NCBI GenBank assembly: GCA_038915815.1
Contig: JBCLCL010000007.1
Span: 26 to 64,025, forward strand
Source: Candidatus Limnocylindrales bacterium
GTDB taxonomy: Bacteria > Chloroflexota > Limnocylindria > Limnocylindrales > CSP1-4
Length of the DNA: 64,000 nt
Direction of reading: 5' to 3'
The translations under genes were made by a program, and so were the position numbers. Below, one piece after another: positions 51,558 through 59,357 of this stretch (positions are counted from its first letter, which is position 1; every line of letters starts with the position of its first letter). The notes beneath the pieces are model-generated. The model did no database searches, was not told the origin of the DNA, and saw only the letters and a list, made by a program, of their open reading frames with translations.

Positions 51558-52114
51558 ATGACTGTACCGATCACGTGACGCTCGGATGCTCGCCGGCGTC
51601 GCAGCTGGGGTGGCGGAGACACTCGATGCCGACCCTTCGCTTGTCCGGATCCTCTGGGCGATGCTCGCGATCTTCACCGGCGGGATCGCCTTCGTGGTCT
51701 ACATCGTGATGGCGATCGTCGTCCCGGAGGCACCGGCGGGCTCTGAAACCCGGACACCGACCGGCCCCGCGGTCAGTGAGCGCGGCGGGACGCCGGGATC
51801 CGAGCCGCCCACGCCCGGGGCACCCGGCACGTCCGACGCCTCGCCGATCGGTCCGCCGACGGGCGCCGACGGGCGCCTACTGGGCGACCGAGCGAGAGGC
51901 CAGGCGGGCCGCCCGACGCGCCCGGCGGGATTCGAGACCTTCCGGCAATGGCGGGCTGCTGGCCGGGTTGATCCTGATCATGGTCGGTGGCTTCTTCCTC
52001 GTTCGCGAGTTCGTGCCGTCATTCGACTGGCATCTCTGGTGGCCGATCGGGTTCATCGTTCTCGGTGCCCTGGTCATCGTCCTCGCCGTACGTCCGGGAC
52101 GCTCGTCCGAGTAG
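51550..52114 (+). pseudogene. PspC-domain / DUF5668-like protein disrupted by an early TGA and a 10-bp duplication
   Basis: GTG ACT GAA TGA CTG TAC CGA TCA CGT (V-T-E-*-L-Y-R-S-R) then MLAGVAAGVA..DPSLVR; GCCGACGGGC x2 at 51855-51874 shifts the frame before the C-terminal TM region. Confidence 0.85.
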
Positions 52115-52227
52115 TCGCGGCACGACCTCGGGCCCCAGGCTCTGACCGCAATGGCGGATGATCGGCCGAACCATGCGTACGCAGAGCGAGCGACGGCGAT
52201 GAACGGCAGGGCCGAAGAGGGCGAGAT

Positions 52228-52304
52228 TGGTACCGCATACCGGATTCGAACCGGTGATCTCCGCCTTGAGAGGGCGGTGTCCTGGGCCTCTAGACGAATG
52301 CGGC
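52228..52304 (-). tRNA. tRNA-Glu (anticodon CTC), CCA encoded
   Basis: GCCGCAT/ATGCGGT acceptor stem, CCGCC-CTCTCAA-GGCGG anticodon arm, GGTTCGAATCC T-loop. Confidence 0.97.
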
Positions 52305-52380
52305 CCCGTCTGCCCGGCGGGAGACCGCCCGGGCCGGTCGGCATGATAGCAGCGCCCCGGCGCGACCATCAAACGACCGA

Positions 52381-53268
52381 CTAGAGCCGGTTCGCCTCGA
52401 GGAAGTTGCGGACCGACTCCGCGACCTGCTGGTAACTGGTCTCCCCGAGCACCAGCCCGTAGTGCGAATGGGCGGCGAACGGCTCGTAGGTCGCGCTGAG
52501 CCACTCGGCGAGTCGCTCGGAACCGGCGATCGGAACGGCCCGGTCCAGGCCTCCGCCGACGACGAGGACCGGGATGTCGGCGAGGTTGCGCCGGTCGATC
52601 GGCACGCCGGAGACCATCTGTCGCCGAGCGGCGCCGGCCTCGTGCGGCTTCTGGCCGAGCATGTGCTGGATGCGCAGGACATCCGCCAGCGTCAGGTCGC
52701 GATCACGACGCAGCAGGCGTTCGGGGAGCGTCTCCCAGCCGATGAGCGCGCGGCCATAGGCCTCGGGGATGTCGCGCAGCTCATGCTGTCTGGCCGGCGG
52801 GCGCAGGTCGCGAGGCAGCTCGGCGCTGAGCAGGACCAGTCCCGAGACCGGCATGCGCTCGATCGCCTTGAGTGCCAGCAGGCCGCCCATCCCGTGGCCT
52901 ACCAGGACCACACCCGACCCGAACCGCTCCAGGGCCGCGACCACGTCCTCCGTGTAGGTCTCGAATGACAGCGTGGCCGGGTCCGCGGTCTGCGACCAGT
53001 AGTGATTGCGCAGGTTGAGGGCGTGACCCTCCCAGCCGCGCGACGCGAAATAGCCGAGGTAGCGCTCCCACGTCCACGAGCCTCCGAGCTCTCCGTGGAC
53101 GAACAGGAGCGGCCTGCGGCGCGTTCGTCGTTCGGGCAGCCACGATTCGATGTAGACGCCGCGCTCCTCGAGTTCGATCTCGTCCTTGCGGATCGGCCGG
53201 CCGTTGGATGACGGGAGCTGCGCTCGGGCGCGGAACTGCTCGGGGGTCGTCTCGGACATGCGTGTCAC
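52381..53268 (-). CDS. Alpha/beta hydrolase fold protein lacking the nucleophile Ser (GHGMGG)
   Basis: LLFVHG, ALNLRNH, VLVGHGMGG, VGGGLD..P; GTG 53268 overlaps the upstream stop (or ATG 53259). Confidence 0.85.
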   Translation of the reverse strand: MTRMSETTPEQFRARAQLPSSNGRPIRKDEIELEERGVYIESWLPERRTRRRPLLFVHGELGGSWTWERYLGYFASRGWEGHALNLRNHYWSQTADPATLSFETYTEDVVAALERFGSGVVLVGHGMGGLLALKAIERMPVSGLVLLSAELPRDLRPPARQHELRDIPEAYGRALIGWETLPERLLRRDRDLTLADVLRIQHMLGQKPHEAGAARRQMVSGVPIDRRNLADIPVLVVGGGLDRAVPIAGSERLAEWLSATYEPFAAHSHYGLVLGETSYQQVAESVRNFLEANRL

Positions 53269-54587
53269 CACTCGTGTGGATTGATGACCAGGCCGGTCAG
53301 GGCCTTGGGATGGAAGTAGGTCGATTTCTGGGGCATGACGTCGCCGTCGCGAGCCACGGCCAGGATGGCGGCCACCGGCGTCGGCTCCAGCAGGAAGACC
53401 ACGTCAGCTCCGTCGGCGCCGGCGTCGACCCGCGTGATCGCCTCCGAAGCCGACTTGGTGTAGTCGATCGCGCCTCCGGCGACGGCTTCGGCATCGATCC
53501 CGGCGAGGCGCTCGAGCGCGACGCCGAGCAGGGTCACGTCCAGGCTCCGCAGCGCCGCCCCACCCGTCGGCAGATGCGGCTCGAACGCGTCCCGCCTCGC
53601 CGTGAGCAGTGCTCCACCCGACCGCATCCAGAGCCCGAACCGCCCGGCGCCGCCTTCAGCCAGCCCGATCGGCTCGAAGGCTTCGCGGAGCTCGCCAGCA
53701 GCCACGCCGCGACGGACCTCGAACAGTCGGTCCAGGCCATCCCTGAGCTCGGCGACCCCGGCGTCGCCCAGGCCACGCACGATCCGGTGCGTCGGCAGGA
53801 CGGTCAGCGGCTGCCTTGTCGCCTCCAGGAAGAGGGTCAGGATGTAGTCGAAGGCCGGGTCCTCCTCGCACGACCGGGTCATCCGCCGCTCGTCGCGATA
53901 GCGCAGCGCCGTCTCGTAGCGGTGATGTCCATCCGCGATCGTGATCGGCCCGCGCGATGCTGCAGCCAGGAGCGGCGCCACGTCTGCCGCGGCGTCGCCG
54001 TCCGCGGGCAATGCCCAGAGACGATGGCGGACCCCCTCGTCATCGATCAGGTCCAGGTCCGCGGCGGTCGTCGTCCTTGCCTCGAGCTCCGCCGCGGCGG
54101 TGCCGTCGAGGTCGTCGTAGAGCCCGATGACCGGGCTGGTGTTGACCCCGGTGGCGCGGAGCAGCTTGTAGCGGTCCTCCCTGGGGCCGGCCAGGGTCCG
54201 TTCGTGGGGAAGCACCGCGGAACCAGGTCCGAACGCCTCCAGGCGAAGCCGGGCGAAGAAGCCGTGCTGTGTCCGCGACACCTCTGAACCGGGCACCCGG
54301 TAGGTCTGCTCGTAGAGGTAGACCGACGGATGCGGATCCTTGTGCAACGTCCCGTCCGAGCGCCACGCAGCGAGCGTCCGGGCAGCCCGGCGATAGCGGT
54401 CGTCGGGCTCATCGCCACTCTCCGGGCTGGGCAGGTCCAGGCGGACGACGTTGGCCGGGTGGCGGGCCAGCAGCCGCTGACGCTCAGCCTCATCGATGAC
54501 GTCGTACGGCGGCGCGACGACGAGCGCCGGGTCGGCGATCTTCGCGGTATCGAAACGGAGCGCACGGAAGGGGCGGATCTCGGGCAC
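53265..54587 (-). CDS. DUF1015 family protein
   Basis: IRPFRALRF, APPYDVI, PHERTL, IADGHHRYETAL, MPQKSTYFHPK; GTG at 54587. Confidence 0.93.
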   Translation of the reverse strand: MPEIRPFRALRFDTAKIADPALVVAPPYDVIDEAERQRLLARHPANVVRLDLPSPESGDEPDDRYRRAARTLAAWRSDGTLHKDPHPSVYLYEQTYRVPGSEVSRTQHGFFARLRLEAFGPGSAVLPHERTLAGPREDRYKLLRATGVNTSPVIGLYDDLDGTAAAELEARTTTAADLDLIDDEGVRHRLWALPADGDAAADVAPLLAAASRGPITIADGHHRYETALRYRDERRMTRSCEEDPAFDYILTLFLEATRQPLTVLPTHRIVRGLGDAGVAELRDGLDRLFEVRRGVAAGELREAFEPIGLAEGGAGRFGLWMRSGGALLTARRDAFEPHLPTGGAALRSLDVTLLGVALERLAGIDAEAVAGGAIDYTKSASEAITRVDAGADGADVVFLLEPTPVAAILAVARDGDVMPQKSTYFHPKALTGLVINPHEW

Positions 54588-54926
54588 AGGACCCTCAGGA
54601 TGCGGCACGCTGGCCGACGGCTCACGGGACCTCCGCATCGTACGATAGCCGCCGCGCCAACGCCTGCGACCGTGCAACTTTCGGGTGGGCCGAGGCGTCC
54701 TTGCTGCGACCAGACCCGTCCGGAGCCGACTCGGCCGGCAGCAGAGACCGCGTCGCCCTCCGCCCCGCCCGCCCTGTCTGCTCCGCCGCCGCCGACCCAG
54801 GATCGGCCGTCGCAACCGGCCGCCGGCCCTGACACGCTCGAGCGACTGCGTGAAGCCAAGCGCCGCGCCCGCCATCGTTGAACGCCACCGTCCGCGAGAT
54901 GGGTCCGGCGGTGCTAGCCTCCCCGG

Positions 54927-55403
54927 ATGCCCCTTCGTCGTGCGGCCATCGCTTCCCGACCACTCCTCGCCGTCTCTCTCTGCGCGCTGCTGCTCGGCGC
55001 CTGCAGTCTCGTGTCGGTCACCCCACCGGCACCGACGCCCGCCGACTTCGCCGGCATCACCGCCGAATTGGCGAAGCGCGGCCTCAGCGTCGATCGCTTC
55101 GTTTCGGGCGATGCCGGCTGCGCGGATCCGGTCCTGACGCCGACGGCGATAGCGTTCGACGCCAAGGGGCTCGATCAGTCGGACAACGTTCGCATCTACC
55201 TCTACATCTTCCGCAACCGGGAGGCGTTCGAGCGGCTGCGCGCCTCCATCGACGCGTGCGCCGCCAGCTTCATCAGCGACCCTGCGACCTTCGAGACCCT
55301 GGAGCAATCGCCGTTCGTCGTGGCGAGCCAGGGACCGTGGGGACCAGAGTTCGAGAAAGCCCTGCGATACGGATTGGCGACGGCGGCAGGCAGCGGGGAC
55401 TAG
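54927..55403 (+). CDS. Putative lipoprotein
   Basis: Signal peptide with lipobox LLGA-C; leaderless TGC-TAGCCT(54915-54920)-N6-ATG. Confidence 0.8.
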   Translation: MPLRRAAIASRPLLAVSLCALLLGACSLVSVTPPAPTPADFAGITAELAKRGLSVDRFVSGDAGCADPVLTPTAIAFDAKGLDQSDNVRIYLYIFRNREAFERLRASIDACAASFISDPATFETLEQSPFVVASQGPWGPEFEKALRYGLATAAGSGD

Positions 55404-55519
55404 GGAGAGCGGGGGCTGGGTCCGGCGCGAGGCGATCGAACCGGTGCGCCGACGCCTGATGTGGCCCGTCGCCAGCGTGGGCGCGGGAACCGATCTTCGC
55501 AGACGTCGATTCGCCGATG

Positions 55520-55541
55520 GTTCCAACCATGCGAAACGATC
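55520..55541 (+). repeat. Dispersed 22-bp repeat, copy A
   Basis: GTTCCAACCATGCGAAACGATC; 20/22 identical to 63609-63630. Confidence 0.8.
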
Positions 55542-55603
55542 GTCGATATGCTCGGATGGCGGCGATCGTGGAGGGGCGGAGGCGTCGCGCACGGATCAGC
55601 AGA

Positions 55604-55927
55604 TCACGGCTCATCAGCCCACCCCGCGTCAATCATCCTCGTGGTCGGCCGGCCGATCTCGGTGCCGGCGAGCCACGCGGTGATCTGTCCGTGGTTGCGC
55701 GGCTCGATGCTGAACAGGAGCGCCCGCCGATCGGTCATCGATCGGGAGGACCGAACGAGGCACGCATCGCGGAGCAGACGCAGCTGACGCGATGTCGCAG
55801 GGCGACTGAGGCCAACCTCCAGTGCGAGGCTCGATGGTCTCCTGGGTCGCAACGCGAGCGCGGCCACCAGCCGTCGCCGGGTCGGATCGGCAAGGAGTTC
55901 GATCCCCGGACCGTTTCGTCTCGGCAC
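55604..55927 (-). CDS. ArsR/SmtB family winged-HTH regulator
   Basis: LADPTRRRLV..L, LA..VGLSRPATSRQLRLLRDACLV; GTG with SD GGAGGAG. Confidence 0.85.
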   Translation of the reverse strand: MPRRNGPGIELLADPTRRRLVAALALRPRRPSSLALEVGLSRPATSRQLRLLRDACLVRSSRSMTDRRALLFSIEPRNHGQITAWLAGTEIGRPTTRMIDAGWADEP

Positions 55928-56074
55928 TTGCTCCTCCCCGGCACCCGGCCGGCGGCGTCTCGCTGATGAGCACGATCTCCCGCCGAGCCGGGCCTCTGGT
56001 CGAGGTGGGTGATCATGCCAGCCGCCGCTTGGCTGCCGATCAACCGGGATGACCCAGGACTCGCCAACTCGGCA

Positions 56075-56162
56075 GCGGTCGCGGTCGTCGCGCGGTCGCG
56101 GTCCCGGTCGTCGCGCGGTCCCGGTCGCGCGGTCCCGGTCGCGCGGTCGCGGTCGTCACGCG
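56075..56162 (+). repeat. Low-complexity GCGGTC/CCGGTC mosaic repeat
   Basis: Repeated GCGGTC(G/C) units seen directly. Confidence 0.85.
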
Positions 56163-56205
56163 GCGCCGACAGGGGGTCGCCATCGTCGGCCGCGCAGTTC
56201 CGGTT

Positions 56206-56227
56206 GGTCGTGCCGTTTGGCTGGAAC
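56206..56227 (-). repeat. Dispersed 22-bp repeat, copy B (inverted)
   Basis: Reverse complement GTTCCAGCCAAACGGCACGACC; 18/22 identical to 63609-63630. Confidence 0.65.
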
Positions 56228-56244
56228 TATCGCGGAATCGACTT

Positions 56245-56289
56245 CCGGTGCGGCGTTCTCCGGTGCGGCGTTCTCCAGTGCGGCGTTCT
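56245..56289 (+). repeat. 15-nt tandem repeat CC(G/A)GTGCGGCGTTCT x3
   Basis: Three near-exact units downstream of the acyl-CoA dehydrogenase stop. Confidence 0.93.
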
Positions 56290-56317
56290 CCGGCGGGAAG
56301 GAGGCCGGCGGCGACCC

Positions 56318-57484
56318 TCAGACGACGCGCAGGCCGAGGATCCTTCGGGCGATCACGAGGCGCTGGATCTGGCTGGTCCCCTCCCCGATCTCGGTCAGCT
56401 TCGCATCGCGGAAGAAGCGCTCGACGGGATACTCGGTGACGTAGCCGTAGCCGCCGTGGATCTGGATCGCCGCATTGGTCGCACGTGAGCTGACCTCGGA
56501 CGCGAAGAGCTTGGCCTGCGCCGCCGCCAACCCGTAGTCGCGGCCCTGGTCCTTGAGCCAGGCGGCCCGCCAGACCAGCTGGCGTGCAGCCTCGATCTCG
56601 GTCGCCATGTCGGCGATCATGAAGGCCACGCCCTCGAACGTCCCGATCGCCCGTCCGAACTGCTCACGGGTCCGGGCATAGGGGATGGACGCGTCGAGCG
56701 CAGCCTGCGCCAGCCCCACCGCCAACGCCCCGATGCTGATCCGTCCGCCGTCGAGGACGCGCAGGAAGGTCCTGAAGCCGTCGCCGCGCTCGCCCAGCAG
56801 GTTCGAGGCCGGGATCCTGGCGCCGGAGAAGACCAGCTCGCCGGTGGCGGAGGCATGCAGTCCCAGCTTCTCCTCGAGCCGCCCGACGCTGAACCCGGGC
56901 GCGTCGGCGGGCACGATGAAGGCGCTGATCTCGGGAGAGCCGTCGTCGCGGAAGCCGGTCCGCGCGCTGATGATGTAGGTGCCGGCCTGCCCGGCGTTGG
57001 TGATGAAGCGCTTCCCGCCATCGATCACCCAGGTGCCACCGTCGGCGCCGTCTTCGAGGCGGGCGGTCGTCCGGGTCCCGCCCGAGTCGCTGCCGGCCCC
57101 CGGCTCGGTCAGGCCGTAGGCGCCGATCACCTGGCCGCTGGCCATCGGAACCAGGTAGCGCTGCTTCTGTTCGGGCGAGCCGGCGAGGTGGAGCGGCCCA
57201 CATCCGAGACTCGTATGGGCGGCCACGATCAGCCCGAGCGACCCCCAGACTCGACCGATCTCCTCGATCGCGACGGCATAGGCGAGGGTGTCGAGGCCAG
57301 CGCCGCCTTCGTCCTCGGGGATCGGGATCCCGAGCCAGCCCAGTTCGCCGATGCGCCGGACCAGCTCGTTCGGGAAGCGTCGCGCTCGCTCGTGCTCGTC
57401 GACGATCGGCGCCACTTCGGTGTCCATGAAGTCGCGGATCGTGTCGCGCAGGAGCCCATGCTCGGCGGGAAGGTCCAGGTCCAT
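56318..57484 (-). CDS. Acyl-CoA dehydrogenase
   Basis: YGLTEPGAGSD, GGKRFITNA, EKLG, LDGGRISI, RTREQFG, QIHGGYGY, EIGEGTSQIQR; leaderless TAGGCT-N6-ATG. Confidence 0.96.
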   Translation of the reverse strand: MDLDLPAEHGLLRDTIRDFMDTEVAPIVDEHERARRFPNELVRRIGELGWLGIPIPEDEGGAGLDTLAYAVAIEEIGRVWGSLGLIVAAHTSLGCGPLHLAGSPEQKQRYLVPMASGQVIGAYGLTEPGAGSDSGGTRTTARLEDGADGGTWVIDGGKRFITNAGQAGTYIISARTGFRDDGSPEISAFIVPADAPGFSVGRLEEKLGLHASATGELVFSGARIPASNLLGERGDGFRTFLRVLDGGRISIGALAVGLAQAALDASIPYARTREQFGRAIGTFEGVAFMIADMATEIEAARQLVWRAAWLKDQGRDYGLAAAQAKLFASEVSSRATNAAIQIHGGYGYVTEYPVERFFRDAKLTEIGEGTSQIQRLVIARRILGLRVV

Positions 57485-57538
57485 CGCGGGAGCCTACACC
57501 GGACGGCACCTCGCGGGCGCCGGTGCTAGCCTGTCGCC

Positions 57539-58282
57539 ATGCCCGAGCCCCTGGTGTCGGCCGCCGTGGACTTCCGATTCTCGCCGCCTCCGACCAACGG
57601 GCAGAACGGCGCCTCCAGCCTTCGCCGCGACCTCCTGCTCCGCCTCCGCATCGACGGCCCGAGCTCACCCGACCAGCTGGCGACCCACCTCGGGGCGAGC
57701 CGGACCGGGGTGCTCCAGCAGCTCCGGGCGCTGGAGGCGGCTCACCTGGTCAGCCACCGGACCGTGCGCCATGGGGTCGGGCGCCCGCGGCACCTCTACG
57801 ACATCACGCCCGATGCCCAGGACCTCTTCCCGGCGAACTACGACGGGCTGGCAGCCGGGCTGCTCGCCGCGATCGAAGCCATCGGTGGCGACGACCTGCT
57901 CGAACAGGTCTTCGCGGCACGCCGCCGCCAGCTGGGCGCCCGGTTCCGCGAGGACCTCGCGGACCGCCTGAGCGACGGTGCCCCGCTGCTCGACCGGGTG
58001 CGGGAGCTGGCCGTGATCCAGACCGCCAACGGCTATCTCGCGGAGACCACCTTGAGCGATGACGGGACGGTCCGGCTCGAGGAGCACAACTGCGCCATCT
58101 TCCACGTCGCGGCGGGCTCGCCGGCCGCCTGCCAGGCCGAGCTCGAACTCTTCACCGAGATCCTCGGCGCCGAGGTCGTGCGCGAGCAGCACATCGCCTC
58201 AGGCGACCGATGCTGCTCGTACCGGATCACCGAGCGAGCCGGCGACCGACGGCGCTCAGCCGGGGCTGACCCGGTCGGCTAG
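57539..58282 (+). CDS. SufR-like winged-HTH transcriptional regulator with Cys-containing sensor domain
   Basis: LA..LGASRTGVLQQLRALE, GVGRPRHLY, EHNCAI..ACQAE..GDRCC; leaderless TAGCCT-N6-ATG. Confidence 0.88.
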   Translation: MPEPLVSAAVDFRFSPPPTNGQNGASSLRRDLLLRLRIDGPSSPDQLATHLGASRTGVLQQLRALEAAHLVSHRTVRHGVGRPRHLYDITPDAQDLFPANYDGLAAGLLAAIEAIGGDDLLEQVFAARRRQLGARFREDLADRLSDGAPLLDRVRELAVIQTANGYLAETTLSDDGTVRLEEHNCAIFHVAAGSPAACQAELELFTEILGAEVVREQHIASGDRCCSYRITERAGDRRRSAGADPVG

Positions 58283-59334
58283 GCTTCCTCGCGCTCCACG
58301 GCGCCACGTGAGGCGGGCTGCAGTCGGGGTGCCGGGACGTCGGAGACGTTCGGAACGAACGACGCGGCCAGCGCCGTCTCGGCGGCGGTCTCCTGGTCGG
58401 CCACCGACAGGATCCCGAGTCGCCCGAGCTGGGCCATCTCATCGCGGATGTAGGTCTTCAGCAACTCCGGACCGTCGGTGTTGATCGTGAAGCGGACCTC
58501 GTTGCGTCGCAACGTATCGAAGATCCAGCGGAATTCGTCCCAACCCGAGACGACCCGGGTGTTCAGGTTGGAGGTCGGACAGATCTCGAGGACGATCCCG
58601 CGCTCGCGGATCATGGTCATCGCACGGGGATCGTAGGCCGCCTTGACCCCATGGCCGATCCGATCTGGCTCGAGCAGCTCGACGACCCGGGCGACCTCCT
58701 CGACCGGCCCCGCCTCGCCGGTATGGACGGTGATCCCGAGGCCGTACTGGCGGGCTCGCCGCATGAGCCGTCGATAGTCTGCCACCCGGAAGGTGGACGC
58801 TTCCGGTCCCGCGATATCGACGCCGACGACGCCGCGATCGCGCCAGGCGATCGCCTTCTCGACGATGATCTCGTTCAACTCGTACGGGAAGGCGCGATCG
58901 AGACAGAAGATGAGACCGGGCCGGACCGGGTATTCAAGGCTTGCCTTGTCCATGCCGCGCACGGCTGCGGCGATGATGTGGTCCAGGTCCTGCTCACCGC
59001 CCCGGTTCCGTTTCATCGGGTTGAATCGCAGTTCCATGGTCGTCACGTTGTTCTTGCGGTAGGCGCCGCCGATGACCTCGTAGACCGAGCGCTCGACCGC
59101 CAGCGGCGAGCTCTGGATCAGCTCCGTCCAGTGGAATAGCTGGAGGTAGCCGTCGAAGGAGCGGTTGCGCCGGGCCGAGACCGTGATCATGTCCCGGAAC
59201 TCCCAGTAGTCCTTCGTGGGCAGCTTGATCCCCTGCGAATGAGCGATCCCCCACATGATCGCCGGCGTTACCGCGCCGCCCAGATGGCAGTGGAGCTCCG
59301 CGAGCGGGATCTTGCGCGAGAGGAGCCGGGACAT
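58279..59334 (-). CDS. add: Adenosine/AMP deaminase family protein
   Basis: ELHCHLGG, ELRFNP, DIAGPE, HTGE, DRIGHG, CPTSN, NTDGP; leaderless TATCCT(59341-59346)-N6-ATG(59334). Confidence 0.9.
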   Translation of the reverse strand: MSRLLSRKIPLAELHCHLGGAVTPAIMWGIAHSQGIKLPTKDYWEFRDMITVSARRNRSFDGYLQLFHWTELIQSSPLAVERSVYEVIGGAYRKNNVTTMELRFNPMKRNRGGEQDLDHIIAAAVRGMDKASLEYPVRPGLIFCLDRAFPYELNEIIVEKAIAWRDRGVVGVDIAGPEASTFRVADYRRLMRRARQYGLGITVHTGEAGPVEEVARVVELLEPDRIGHGVKAAYDPRAMTMIRERGIVLEICPTSNLNTRVVSGWDEFRWIFDTLRRNEVRFTINTDGPELLKTYIRDEMAQLGRLGILSVADQETAAETALAASFVPNVSDVPAPRLQPASRGAVEREEA

Positions 59335-59357
59335 GGCCGCAGGATAGCCGACGAGGC

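Noticed and set aside
51559-51561. Selenocysteine or programmed read-through at the pspC TGA
   Set aside because: The position corresponds to Arg rather than Cys, no SECIS-like hairpin is evident, and the gene has a second lesion.
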